Source of the DNA: an uncultured archaeon
Lineage (GTDB): Archaea > Asgardarchaeota > Hermodarchaeia > Hermodarchaeales > Hermodarchaeaceae
Reading direction: 5' to 3'
DNA: 64,000 bases
NCBI GenBank assembly: GCA_964347045.1
Contig: CAYFXC010000001.1
Location: 1 to 64,000 of the forward strand
Shown here: in pieces, positions 19,681 to 30,200 of the stretch
Layout of the letters: every line of letters starts with the position of its first letter
Numbering within the stretch: position 1 is the stretch's first letter
Translations under genes and position numbers: made by a program
Notes under the pieces: generated by a model
Databases searched by the model: none
Seen by the model: the letters and a program-made list of their open reading frames with translations, nothing else
What the model was told of the DNA's origin: nothing

Positions 19681-20859
19681 TTGCCACAAACAATATCTGT
19701 AACTGGAAATCATGCAGCCGCATGGGCGGCGCGGACTGTAGAACCTGCAGTCATTGCTGCGTATCCCATCACACCACAGACTACGATTGTAGAAAGGATT
19801 GCTGAGTTCGTTGAAGCCGGAGATCTCAAATCCGAATATGTACGCGTTGAATCAGAACATAGTGCAATGGCTGCATGCATTGGAGCATCCGCGTTAGGTC
19901 TTCGAACTTTCACCGCTACCGCATCGCATGGACTCGCCTTGATGCATGAAATGCTCCATTGGGCAGGACGTGCACGTCTACCAGTTGTTATGCCAGTGGT
20001 TAACCGTGCACTCGGACCCCCATGGAATATTTGGACTGACCACACAGATACTATGGCATGTCGTGATACAGGCTGGATCCAATTTTATGCTGCGAATAAT
20101 CAGGAAGTTTATGATACAGTCCTCATGCTCTACCGCCTTTGTGAAGATTCTAAAGTGTTAATACCTGGAATGGTTGCTCTGGACGCTTTCATCTTAAGCC
20201 ATACATTCATGTCCATTGAAGCATACGAACATCATGAAATAACAGATTTTCTTCCAACTTATGAGGCAGGACACTGGAAACTCGACATCAATGAACCAAT
20301 GGCCACAGGAAACCTTGCTGGTCCCGAATACTACTATGAACTCAGCTATGCCATCCATGAAGGTTTTGAAGCAGCTCGTAAACTTATTCCTAAAATTGAA
20401 GCTGACTTTAAGAAACACTTCGGTCGTGAACACGGTGGTTTTATCGATACCTACCAATGTGACGACGCTGAAGTCATCCTAATTGCCATGGGAACAATGG
20501 GTGAAGAAGCCCAACTTGCTGTTGAAGCGCTCCGCGAAGAAGGCGTCAAAGCAGGATCGGCACGCCTCCGCATATTTCGACCATTCCCCGCACAAGAACT
20601 TCAAGCCCTTGCACGAAAAGCCAAGGCCCTTGTCGTTGTTGACCGAAGCCTCTCCTACGGTCACCTAGGTGCGGCCGCAACTGAAATTCGCTCCGCTCTA
20701 TTTCGAGGAAATGTCACAACCCCAGTTCAGGGAGTCATCGCGGGTCTTGGCGGACGAGATGTTCGTGTTGAAGACCTAAAAAGACTCATACACACCGGCT
20801 TCAAAGTCGCTGATAAAGGCGAAGCTGGACCTGATGTCTTCTACGGACTCAAAAGGTGA
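19681..20859 (+). CDS. porA: Pyruvate/2-oxoacid:ferredoxin oxidoreductase alpha subunit
   Basis: AAYPITPQT, VESEHSA, TATASHGL. Confidence 0.93.
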   Translation: MPQTISVTGNHAAAWAARTVEPAVIAAYPITPQTTIVERIAEFVEAGDLKSEYVRVESEHSAMAACIGASALGLRTFTATASHGLALMHEMLHWAGRARLPVVMPVVNRALGPPWNIWTDHTDTMACRDTGWIQFYAANNQEVYDTVLMLYRLCEDSKVLIPGMVALDAFILSHTFMSIEAYEHHEITDFLPTYEAGHWKLDINEPMATGNLAGPEYYYELSYAIHEGFEAARKLIPKIEADFKKHFGREHGGFIDTYQCDDAEVILIAMGTMGEEAQLAVEALREEGVKAGSARLRIFRPFPAQELQALARKAKALVVVDRSLSYGHLGAAATEIRSALFRGNVTTPVQGVIAGLGGRDVRVEDLKRLIHTGFKVADKGEAGPDVFYGLKR

Positions 20860-21767
20860 AAAAAATGGTAGCAATTAAAGATATGCCCCGAGAAGAATAC
20901 ATTGAACTCGGCCACGCGGCCTGTGCAGGCTGTGGAGCAACGATTGCAATTCGCCACGCCCTCAAAGCTCTAGGCGATAACACTATTCTTACGGTACCAG
21001 CCTGCTGTATGTCTGTCATCCAAGGGCTTTACCCCAAAAACGCGCTAAACTTACCGGTTCTTAACACGGCCTTTATGACTGCTGGAGCTGCTGCATCAGG
21101 TATCGCCGCCGGACTCAAGTACATTGGGAAAGACAAGGATATCAATCTCATGGCCTGGGCAGGAGATGGGGGGACCTATGATATTGGTATCCAAGCTCTT
21201 AGTGGCGCTGCGGAACGTCAAACCAATTTCATCTATACCTGCTATAACAACGAAGCCTACGGTAATACTGGAATGCAACGTTCTGGAGCTACACCATATG
21301 GGTCATTTTCTACAACTACACCCACGGGTAAGATGCAGCATAGGAAGCCATTTGCAAGAATTATGGCGGAACATGGAATTCCGTATACTGCGTCAATTTC
21401 AGCAGCATACCCGCGACTGGTATATGATACGTATTCGAAGGTGAAAGATATAGAGGGAACGCGGTTCGTTGAGGTGCATACCATGTGTCCGACAGGATGG
21501 CGATATTTGACATGGGATACGGTGGAGATGGGTAAGCTAGCCGTGGATACAGGGGTGTGGATTATGTGGGAAAAGGAGGGGGATGAATGGCGATTTTTGG
21601 GACGAAGTAAACGGATTGCAGAAGGTAAGCTTAAACGGAAGCCGTTGATGGATTATTTGAAACCGCAAGGTCGATTTCGGACATTGGTGAAAGATCCGGT
21701 GCGTGTAAAGGAGTTTGAGCGGGGAATTGAACGCGAATGGGAGATTCTTAAGAAGCGCGTTGGATGA
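20856..21767 (+). CDS. porB: Pyruvate/2-oxoacid:ferredoxin oxidoreductase beta subunit
   Basis: GHAACAGC, TPP motif GDGG...NEAYGNTG, CPTGW. Confidence 0.93.
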   Translation: MKKMVAIKDMPREEYIELGHAACAGCGATIAIRHALKALGDNTILTVPACCMSVIQGLYPKNALNLPVLNTAFMTAGAAASGIAAGLKYIGKDKDINLMAWAGDGGTYDIGIQALSGAAERQTNFIYTCYNNEAYGNTGMQRSGATPYGSFSTTTPTGKMQHRKPFARIMAEHGIPYTASISAAYPRLVYDTYSKVKDIEGTRFVEVHTMCPTGWRYLTWDTVEMGKLAVDTGVWIMWEKEGDEWRFLGRSKRIAEGKLKRKPLMDYLKPQGRFRTLVKDPVRVKEFERGIEREWEILKKRVG

Positions 21768-21827
21768 TAATACCAAGAAACACGAACTCATTTGAACCCT
21801 TAGCTCAGTTACAGAGTTGTGATAAGT

Positions 21828-22202
21828 ATGACCTTAGAGTTTGTAGAAGAGTCTGTGGATGTTGGTGATCTTCGAATCGCTGTAGCGATAAGTAGTTTGG
21901 CAAACGGATCTTTGTTGTTAGTAAGCGACGGGGAACACCGGTTTGGTACGATTGCGGTGGGTGTGCCGAGTCCGTTTAGTGAGGTATCACCAGTTGCAAC
22001 TTCCTGTATGGTAGGAACACGATTTCAAGCAGAAGCAAGGGCGATTGCAGATATCGCCGCACAAAAATTAGGGGGAATTGTGGTGGTAAACCTGTTTTTA
22101 TCACGGGAGCATGAAACTGAGGTCGGTGCGGTACTATCTGCTGTCCGTTCGGTTTTACTAGAAATGACAGCAACAGAAGAGGGAAAGACGCGGTTAGGCT
22201 GA
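21828..22202 (+). CDS. Putative proteasome assembly chaperone PAC4/PAC3-like protein
   Basis: By-eye similarity to PSMG4: LLLVS...GTIAVGVP...PVATS.VG...ARAIA...AQK....VVVNL. Confidence 0.55.
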   Translation: MTLEFVEESVDVGDLRIAVAISSLANGSLLLVSDGEHRFGTIAVGVPSPFSEVSPVATSCMVGTRFQAEARAIADIAAQKLGGIVVVNLFLSREHETEVGAVLSAVRSVLLEMTATEEGKTRLG

Positions 22203-22276
22203 TTTAGAGGGGGTTATAAGCAGCAGGTTTATATGTTATTTGAAGAGATTTTTCAATTAGCATGGAGGCTAAGTAA

Positions 22277-23539
22277 TTGGTCCGTGAACGTTGGGGGTTC
22301 ATTAAAGACCCATTGTATGGATACGTGGGAATCACCCCTTTAGAAAAAAATGTCATTGATACGCGCGTAGTTCAGCGGTTGCGCCGATTGCGACAGCTAG
22401 CTGGTGCTGAATTTGTTTATCCGGGTGCCAATCATACCAGGTTTGAACATAGTATCGGCGCAATGCATCTAGCTGGATTAATGGCGGAAAATATTACAGA
22501 AGATGAGATGGAGACTCAATCATTACGGCTTGCTGCCTTATTGCATGATATCGGGCATGGCCCTTTTAGTCATATTTTCGAAGAAATTCTAGCTGAGAAA
22601 GGTCAAAACCATGAAGATATTACAACGTGGCTAGTGAAAGATTCCGAGCTAGCAGATATTTTGCAGGATGGAGGAATAAATCCCAATGATTTGAGTCAGC
22701 TAGCCATTGGGAAACTAGAACGAAAAGGGCGATTATATCTTAATCAAGTAATTCGGAGTTCTATTGACGTTGATAAATTAGACTACATTGTTCGAGATTC
22801 CTTTCATACTGGAGCCGAGTACGGAAACGTTGATGTTTTTCGCTTGATTTACACTATTGAACCATTTCAAGGAAATTTATCGGTTAACACCACAGCAATA
22901 ACTACTCTTGAAGCCTTTTTGATTGCACGGGTGTTAAGCTTTCGTAGTATCTATTATCATAGAGTGTGTAGGGCAGTCCAACGGATGCTAGCGGATGCCC
23001 TCAAATTTGCTAATGAGGAGCTTGGATTATCGGAGTTTATTACACCTGAGGATTACTTGGAAATGGACGATTACACGACATGGACGAGGCTTAAGCAATA
23101 TAAGGCGTCCCGTCCAATTATTGAACGCCTAGAGCGCCGCGAACTTATCAAATGTGCATATACTGTTGAATCAATAGTTCAAGACCGTCCCACTATTGAT
23201 TTGTTAGATAAAGAAAGTGTTCGGAAACAAATTGAACAAGAGATTGCTGCCAAAGCTAAGGTAGATATAGACAAAGTACAACTCGATTCCCCACTTCTCC
23301 CATCTGTGCCTTATCGTCATTCCTCGCAACTTGATCCCATGGAGATTCCGGGGTTTGCGTACGTGGGTAAGAAAAAGATTGCACTTGACCTTGTTGAGTT
23401 ATCCCGAGTTATTTCTTCTCTTAAAGGATATCTTGATATTGTACGTGTATATACAACCGCTCCGCTTCGTAAACGCGTCGGTAAAGCCGCACAGGAAGTG
23501 TTGGGTGGTACACCATACGTTTCAGGTATCTCGATGTGA
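22277..23539 (+). CDS. HD-domain phosphohydrolase (SAMHD1/dNTP triphosphohydrolase-like)
   Basis: QRLRRLRQL, HTRFEHS, LHDIGHGPFSH, DKLDYIVRD. Confidence 0.9.
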   Translation: MVRERWGFIKDPLYGYVGITPLEKNVIDTRVVQRLRRLRQLAGAEFVYPGANHTRFEHSIGAMHLAGLMAENITEDEMETQSLRLAALLHDIGHGPFSHIFEEILAEKGQNHEDITTWLVKDSELADILQDGGINPNDLSQLAIGKLERKGRLYLNQVIRSSIDVDKLDYIVRDSFHTGAEYGNVDVFRLIYTIEPFQGNLSVNTTAITTLEAFLIARVLSFRSIYYHRVCRAVQRMLADALKFANEELGLSEFITPEDYLEMDDYTTWTRLKQYKASRPIIERLERRELIKCAYTVESIVQDRPTIDLLDKESVRKQIEQEIAAKAKVDIDKVQLDSPLLPSVPYRHSSQLDPMEIPGFAYVGKKKIALDLVELSRVISSLKGYLDIVRVYTTAPLRKRVGKAAQEVLGGTPYVSGISM

Positions 23540-23549
23540 CCAAACTAGA

Positions 23550-24593
23550 TTAGAGAAAATCAGAGAGCTCTAATTGTCGACGATGTTTTAGTACAATTTG
23601 CTTGATATTTAATTTATCAAGTACCGCTCCGAAAGTTACAGTGTTCCCACAGGTTAGGTAAACGGCCCGAGGTTGCGCTTTCTTTACATAATCTACAAGT
23701 TGATGAAAATCAGCATGGGCTGAGAGGATGAAAGATTTTTCGACTTTTTTCATAGGGAAGATTTTTGCCCAGCCTGTAGCAACAGCGCGCGAGATTGAAT
23801 GTCCATATTGTGATCGAGCCTTTTCGATTGGTTTTGATGATAAATATACATAGTCGCCTTGACGCATTATTTCCTGTGCTTCCTCTGAGTGTTCATTGAA
23901 GAAGTCAAGGGGAATTTCATAGTTTTGGTAAACTTTGCTGATTTTTGCTATGGTTGGTTCCACGATTACTGGTACTGTGAGAAAAGTATTGATAATCCGA
24001 ATAATTTCTTGGGCTTTTCCTGTGGCATAGACTCGAAATATGGGAATTTTCCCATTCTTTAACTCTTGACTTGTCCAATCGGCAATTTCGGTATAAACTT
24101 GTTCTCTGGGAGGAAATACCGCATCAGGACGCCCATAAGTTGCTTCCATTAAGAGAACATCACATGGGATCGGATTGGCTCCGTGTGCTGTCATTGTGGA
24201 TTGAAGGTTGAAATCCCCTGTGTACACGAGCCTTTTTCCATTTCTTTCTATCACGAATTGGGCGGCGCCAAGCATATGCCCTGCAGGATGGAGCTGTATT
24301 GTTCCTCCATCACCAAGAGTATGGTATTTTCCTGGTGAAATTGTATAAACATTAGTGGATTTTCCAATAAAGGATTTGTAAATATCCAATGTCTCCGGAG
24401 TGACGATTTTAGGAAAATTACTTTTGAATCCTGCAATATGATCTGAATGTGCATGTGAGATGCATATTGTTGTTTTTCGTGATCGCCATCTAAATGGAAT
24501 TCGCGTGGGATCAAAAAGTAAACGTTGTTCTCCCGCGCGTATGGCGATGTTTCGGGATTTAACTAGCTGGAAATCCACAAACGGGTTCTGCAT
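23550..24593 (-). CDS. MBL-fold beta-CASP-like nuclease
   Basis: SHAHSDH, AGHMLG, YTGD, EATYG, SAHAD; start uncertain. Confidence 0.85.
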   Translation of the reverse strand: MQNPFVDFQLVKSRNIAIRAGEQRLLFDPTRIPFRWRSRKTTICISHAHSDHIAGFKSNFPKIVTPETLDIYKSFIGKSTNVYTISPGKYHTLGDGGTIQLHPAGHMLGAAQFVIERNGKRLVYTGDFNLQSTMTAHGANPIPCDVLLMEATYGRPDAVFPPREQVYTEIADWTSQELKNGKIPIFRVYATGKAQEIIRIINTFLTVPVIVEPTIAKISKVYQNYEIPLDFFNEHSEEAQEIMRQGDYVYLSSKPIEKARSQYGHSISRAVATGWAKIFPMKKVEKSFILSAHADFHQLVDYVKKAQPRAVYLTCGNTVTFGAVLDKLNIKQIVLKHRRQLELSDFL

Positions 24594-24692
24594 TATAATG
24601 TCCCACGATTTTTTGCAGCTGAAATTTTTGCAGACTGGAATAGATACATTCACTAATTTAAGCCTACTAGAATAATCAACCACTAAGAATCT

Positions 24693-24890
24693 TTAAAGTG
24701 ATGGAAAAATCCAGTTGAAAAGACCCAAATCCGCCATGAAAACGACTACAATGAGTGCAATTGTAACTAGCAAAACGGTTATTGGTCCCACTTTGACACC
24801 TTCACTCGAATCAGCAAAAAACCGAATTAGACCGGCACCCGCTGCTGGCATGGGACCTTCTGATTGTCTTTTTCGTTTCGATTTTGGCAT
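24693..24890 (-). CDS. Preprotein translocase Sec61beta
   Basis: AGLIRFF...VKVGP plus a single C-terminal TM helix. Confidence 0.9.
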   Translation of the reverse strand: MPKSKRKRQSEGPMPAAGAGLIRFFADSSEGVKVGPITVLLVTIALIVVVFMADLGLFNWIFPSL

Positions 24891-24992
24891 ACGATTCCCA
24901 CGTACAAAATATCTGGAATCATTAAATCCCAACCGTTTTTAAGGTTTCTTGATGAAACATCTTCTCTCCCTTGAGGAGTAAAATTTCCAGAG

Positions 24993-26330
24993 ATGAGACG
25001 AATGAAACCCATTGAAGCTCGTTCATCATATAATCAAATTTTCTCTTTGTTAGAAAAACACCATTCCTGGATGCGCGGAACAATCAACCTCATTGCATCA
25101 GAAAATGTTCACTCACCTGCAGTCCGAGAAGCGATGCAAATCGACTTCAGTGACAGATATGCCGAAGGTTGGCCAGGAGAACGTGTATATGCAGGAACCA
25201 AATATATTGACGAAGTTGAAATCATGGGCAACGAACTCACAAAAGCGCTATATCGAGCTGACTTTGCAGATATAAGACCAATAAGTGGAGTGTTAGCGAA
25301 TCTAAGTATTCTGACCGCTTTTACTGAACCAGGTGACCGTATGATGTGCTTATCAATTCCTACTGGTGGTCACATCTCTTCAGCACGCCATCGATTATGG
25401 GGCACAGCAGGACGCGTTCGAGGATTAAAAGTTCAATATTTCAAATACGATGAATATGAACTAAACATAGACGTTGATGCAACCATTCGAAGAATCGAAC
25501 GTTTACGCAAAAAAGGCAAACATATTGATTTCTTCATGTTCGGCGCGTCGGTCTTTCCTTTTCCGCAACCACTTCCCGAAATTGCCGAAGTTGCGAAGGG
25601 ATATGGTTCATATGTGAATTACGATGCAGCACATGTTGCAGGTCTAGTTGGTACTAATAACTTTCAGGATCCTCTTCGTGAGGGAGCAGACAGCCTTACT
25701 TTTAGCACCCACAAAACCCTTCCGGGTCCACAGGGCGGGTGTATCGTTGCACATGAACAATTTGCAGATCGAATTAAACGCGGTGTATTCCCCGCTTTAC
25801 ATAGCAACCATCACCTTCATCATGTGGCGGCCAAAGCAGTAGTAATGGCGGAAATGCTCGCTTTTGGAAAAGAGTATAGTCAACAAATTATTGAAAATGC
25901 ACAGGCTCTTGGTCAGGCTCTTATGGAAGAGGGGTTCAAGGTTCTTGCAGAACATAAGGGTTTTACAAAATCGCATGTTTTGCTTGTTGAAGTCGCGGAC
26001 ACCCCTCTAAGAAATGGACGAGCTGTTGAAGAAAAACTTGAAGATGCTAATATCATTATCAACCGAAATTTGCTACCATGGGATAAACGATTTGGACGAG
26101 ATTACATTCGTCCGGGAGGAATACGACTTGGAACGAGTGAAATGACACGCTTAGGAATGAAAAAAGATGAAATGGCACATATCGCAGAATTCATGCGTCG
26201 AATCGTCTTCGATAAAGAAGATTCGAAATCTGTAGCAAGAGACGTCATACAATTCCGAAAAGCGTTCCAAAAAGTTCATTATGCATTCGATACGGCGCGT
26301 GACGCCTATGAGTATATAAAAATTCGATAG
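24993..26330 (+). CDS. glyA: Serine hydroxymethyltransferase
   Basis: LIASEN, YAEG, GGHIS, YDAAH, STHKTLPGPQGG, GIRLGT. Confidence 0.95.
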   Translation: MRRMKPIEARSSYNQIFSLLEKHHSWMRGTINLIASENVHSPAVREAMQIDFSDRYAEGWPGERVYAGTKYIDEVEIMGNELTKALYRADFADIRPISGVLANLSILTAFTEPGDRMMCLSIPTGGHISSARHRLWGTAGRVRGLKVQYFKYDEYELNIDVDATIRRIERLRKKGKHIDFFMFGASVFPFPQPLPEIAEVAKGYGSYVNYDAAHVAGLVGTNNFQDPLREGADSLTFSTHKTLPGPQGGCIVAHEQFADRIKRGVFPALHSNHHLHHVAAKAVVMAEMLAFGKEYSQQIIENAQALGQALMEEGFKVLAEHKGFTKSHVLLVEVADTPLRNGRAVEEKLEDANIIINRNLLPWDKRFGRDYIRPGGIRLGTSEMTRLGMKKDEMAHIAEFMRRIVFDKEDSKSVARDVIQFRKAFQKVHYAFDTARDAYEYIKIR

Positions 26331-26435
26331 CGACACATTGAGGAACCCTTTTTAACGGTACTGACTTAATTTATGCAGGATTTTCTCTGACAAGATCATT
26401 CGTTCAGTGGATATTGCCTTCATGAGGGGCTAAAT

Positions 26436-27281
26436 ATGAAAGTTAAAGATATGATGAAGACGGAATTTGCTAGGGCGTCGGTTCCCGGAACTCGTGACAC
26501 TGTTCTCCAAATTATGTCCGAACATGGAAAAACTGCTATTCCATTAGTAAAGAAAGACAGTGAAGAACTAGCTGGAATTGTTTCACGGTTAGATCTGATG
26601 CGTAAACCCGAAGAAGACCAGCTAGCACTTCTAATGGATCGAAATCCTCCAGTTGTAGCCCAAAATTACGAGGTTGAAGAGGCGATTCGTATTCTTCTTG
26701 AAAAAGGCATTCGCCGGCTACCAGTTGTTGATTCAAAACGCCGACTCAAAGGCATGATTACCGTACATCAAATCATCCGAAAGGTAATCAGCGTACAATA
26801 TCCAGACGAACTAATCACACCCTACGTTGAACGAAAAGTTACAGCAATTTGGGAGAACACGCCCATCCAAGCAGCATATACCATTATGCGGCTAGCAGCC
26901 ACCGATGTCTTACCTGTGATTTCAGAAAAAGGTGATCTTGTGGGAATCATCTCTGTAAGTGATATCATGAATCTTAGTGAAATCGTCCGAGAACGGCGAT
27001 CTACGTCGGTCTCTGCAGCGAGTGAAGGAACCGATTGGTCTTGGGATGCTACCACCGTACTTTACATAACGACAAATGAACTGCAGCTTCCAGATAAACC
27101 TGTAGCAGAAGTAATGGTTGGCGGAATCATCACAACCTACGAACAGGCAACGATCGGTGAAGTAACCAAAGCTATGCGCCGAAATGACATCGACCAACTC
27201 CCAGTTACCGACGCAAAAGGTGAGTTGTGCGGTATTATTCGCGATAAGGACCTAATGCGAATCCATCTAGAGAAGAAATAA
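26436..27281 (+). CDS. Tandem CBS-domain protein
   Basis: Four CBS repeats (RRLPVVD, LPVI, QLPV...GII). Confidence 0.88.
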   Translation: MKVKDMMKTEFARASVPGTRDTVLQIMSEHGKTAIPLVKKDSEELAGIVSRLDLMRKPEEDQLALLMDRNPPVVAQNYEVEEAIRILLEKGIRRLPVVDSKRRLKGMITVHQIIRKVISVQYPDELITPYVERKVTAIWENTPIQAAYTIMRLAATDVLPVISEKGDLVGIISVSDIMNLSEIVRERRSTSVSAASEGTDWSWDATTVLYITTNELQLPDKPVAEVMVGGIITTYEQATIGEVTKAMRRNDIDQLPVTDAKGELCGIIRDKDLMRIHLEKK

Positions 27282-27290
27282 GGTACGAAG

Positions 27291-30200
27291 TTACGGATTC
27301 GCAGGTGAAAATTCTTTCAATGTCGTTTGTTGATCATCTTCTTCTGGAGTAAATACAGAATTAATGACCCGTTTTGCCATCTCAAGTCGTTGCTGATAGT
27401 ATAATGGTAGATGATAATCCTCAACAATTTTGGAGGCTAGGCCAACATATTTAGTTATTCCTGCTTTCGTAACTGTCAAAATGAGGTTTCCGGAGCACAC
27501 AGAACATTGTCCTGATAAAGGAAGGCGACGGAATTTCTCATTACAGTTTGTGCAACGAAATTGTTGTGTTGCAAAGGCTCGAATGTTACCAAAAATATCA
27601 GGGAGAAAATGGGACTCGAGAAGGCGTTTCGCCATATCCTGAACATCAACTGCGGCAATTCGACTACCCAACGCCAATTGCCGTTCCACTTTCTCCTGCA
27701 TTGTTTGCAGTTTCGTGTACGTAGTCACCCGAGGACCATAATTGACATCATCTGTAGGATGTGAGAAATCTAATCCATACGATTCCGCCGTCGGTTCTAT
27801 CCGATGATCCACAATACGATGCGCCACCAAATCAAAAATATCTTCAACATCCTTCGGATCCGCAAACTGTCTCGCCCGCTCATAAAACTCCAACGGATAA
27901 ATCCCACTCCCATCAATATTATGCGCCTCCGCATCAATCTCCTTCGGCGTAATCAACACACTCAACACCAACGGCGTATCCATCGACCCCCCACGAGACG
28001 TCGGCAAATACGCCCGCGAAAAATTCAACATCGAATCCAACGCCAGCAGCAAACTATCTTCGTCCCCGTCACAGTTTGCTATACAAATAGACGTATGTAT
28101 ATTATTATAGAGATTATTATTAGTATTCTTTGGAATGACGCTTAAGCAGTAAGATGGCATTTCGCGAGATATTTTTTGGATGTCTGCTACAATGTCAAAT
28201 ACAGAATTTGATATTCCTCCCAACGTGTGACGCGTTCCGTCGGATGTTCTTATTATACGATCAACCGGAACCCCTTTTGCCAAAATTTTTTGAGCGTTTT
28301 TTCGTCTAATTGGATGCATCATTGTCAATCTTTCAAGAATAAGAAGGTCAGGACCCCTTACAGAAATTCGGCGTACAACCTGTTTTTTCGGTGTTTTACC
28401 TAGTTCTTTATACCTAGCTAGAACACTAGGTCCATATCGACCGAGAGGAGGATCTTTTCGGTATCGATAAAATACCCCTAACGTGCTTAGTAGTAGGCCA
28501 ACATCATCAAGTAATTTTTGCGAGACTGAATAGAAAAGAATACAGCTATCTGTTGCAGGTATGCTTCCGTCTCCATCAATATATGCAGATAGGAACTCTA
28601 GCCTTAACTCCTCATTTAAAGAGAAAATAAAACTAGGTAACCTCTTACTATAAGCATTAATCCCCATTTTCCATGCGTAGGCGAAGAGGTAGGCGTGGAT
28701 GCGTCCGGTGTGGACGAGTTGGTGGTTGTCTTGTTTGTAGTAGGGGTCTGATCCGAGGACGGTTTGGATGAGGTGTCGTAGGTGTGTTCGTAGGGTGGGG
28801 TGGGGGAGGCTGAAGTTGGTTTGGTAGCAGGTGTGGTCGTCGCGGATGTAGCCTTCGGCGGTGTAGTAGCCGAGGAGTCGGACGAAATTTGAGTTGAAGG
28901 GGATGTAGGGTGTGATGGTGTGGTCGTCGCGGGCGATACCGAGTCGGGCAGTGTGTGGTATTTCGTGCCATTGGAAGACGCCTTCGTGTTCGAGGACTTC
29001 AAGGTGGGCGAGTGGGATGGAAGTGTACCAGGCTTGGGTGAAAAGGCGTGTTTGGCGCCTGCGTGGGATTTTGGAGGTAAAATAGTCTCGGAGAATTTTG
29101 TTGATTTTTCTCGGACCGAGTTTGTCTAATGGCACATGATTTGGATGGTTACTGAGAGAGAGGACGAATCTTTGGAGTGTAGTTCGCATCCAGTCCGCGG
29201 CATTTCGTAACCGTGTTTGATGTTTGAAGGTTTGGAATTTTTCTGTATTTGGTAGACCTTGGGCTAATTCTTGAAGAATATTGACTGTTTTGGGTGGATT
29301 GTTATCAGGGATGTTTATTGCGGTAAGGATTGGAATCTGGTCACCAATTGTGAGTTGATGGGCTTTGATGCGTTCGATGGTGTTGGTGGTAGGATTCCAG
29401 ATCATGGCATTGTGGTCAGGTGTCATAGTGATAGTGCGTCCGGAGTGGGTGGTGACTTTGAACCAGTGGTTACTTTTCCCTTTGATCCAGTGTTTGATGG
29501 GTTGATATAAGGGTTGATGGGTTGTGGGGTCTAAGCTGATTGTACGCCAATGATGATAGGGATTATCGATGGCAAGTGTTCCGAAGTTGTCGACGACCTC
29601 ATTGGGTGTTCTTTTTTCAAGGAGTTCTTCAATTATGTGACCGAGGGAGAGTTTGAGGAGTTTTTCCTCGTTGGTGTCCCAGATGAGAATTTCTTCATTT
29701 GCATGGAGGCAGTTGCGTCGTTTTGCGGCGTGCCAGAAGGGGTGTGCGTAGCAGACTCGGAGGGGGGTGAATCCGATGATGCGACCGATGACGCCGGCGG
29801 ATGTGTGGGGTGCGAGTCCGATGACGAGGTGTCCAATGAGATCTTCTGGTGTTTCGAGATTATAGAAGGGATTAAGGTTGTAGACTTTGATGAGAAGATC
29901 ATCCACAAATTGTGATACGCGGAAGAGATATTTTGCGCAATCGTATGGAACGACGAGGTCTTGGATTTTGAGTTCGAGAATTTGGTCGGTGTTATGAAGA
30001 GGGGCACCAGTTTTGTCAAAATGATATCCCAATTCCTTGAGTTTATCTGGGTCGACGTTGATTTCACTTGGTTTGAAATGGGTGAGGGGAGCATCGGTCA
30101 TGTCGAACCGGATTGTGCCATCTTTGTAAACGTACAGATCATATTTTGCGCGGAGTATCGCTTTCTCAAGAAGTTCAGGGGTCTTGTTTTTGCTCATCAG

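Noticed and set aside
28616-30094. Thr/Pro/Ser-rich alternative-frame ORFs inside polC
   Set aside because: By-products of the extreme C/A codon bias; no independent signals.
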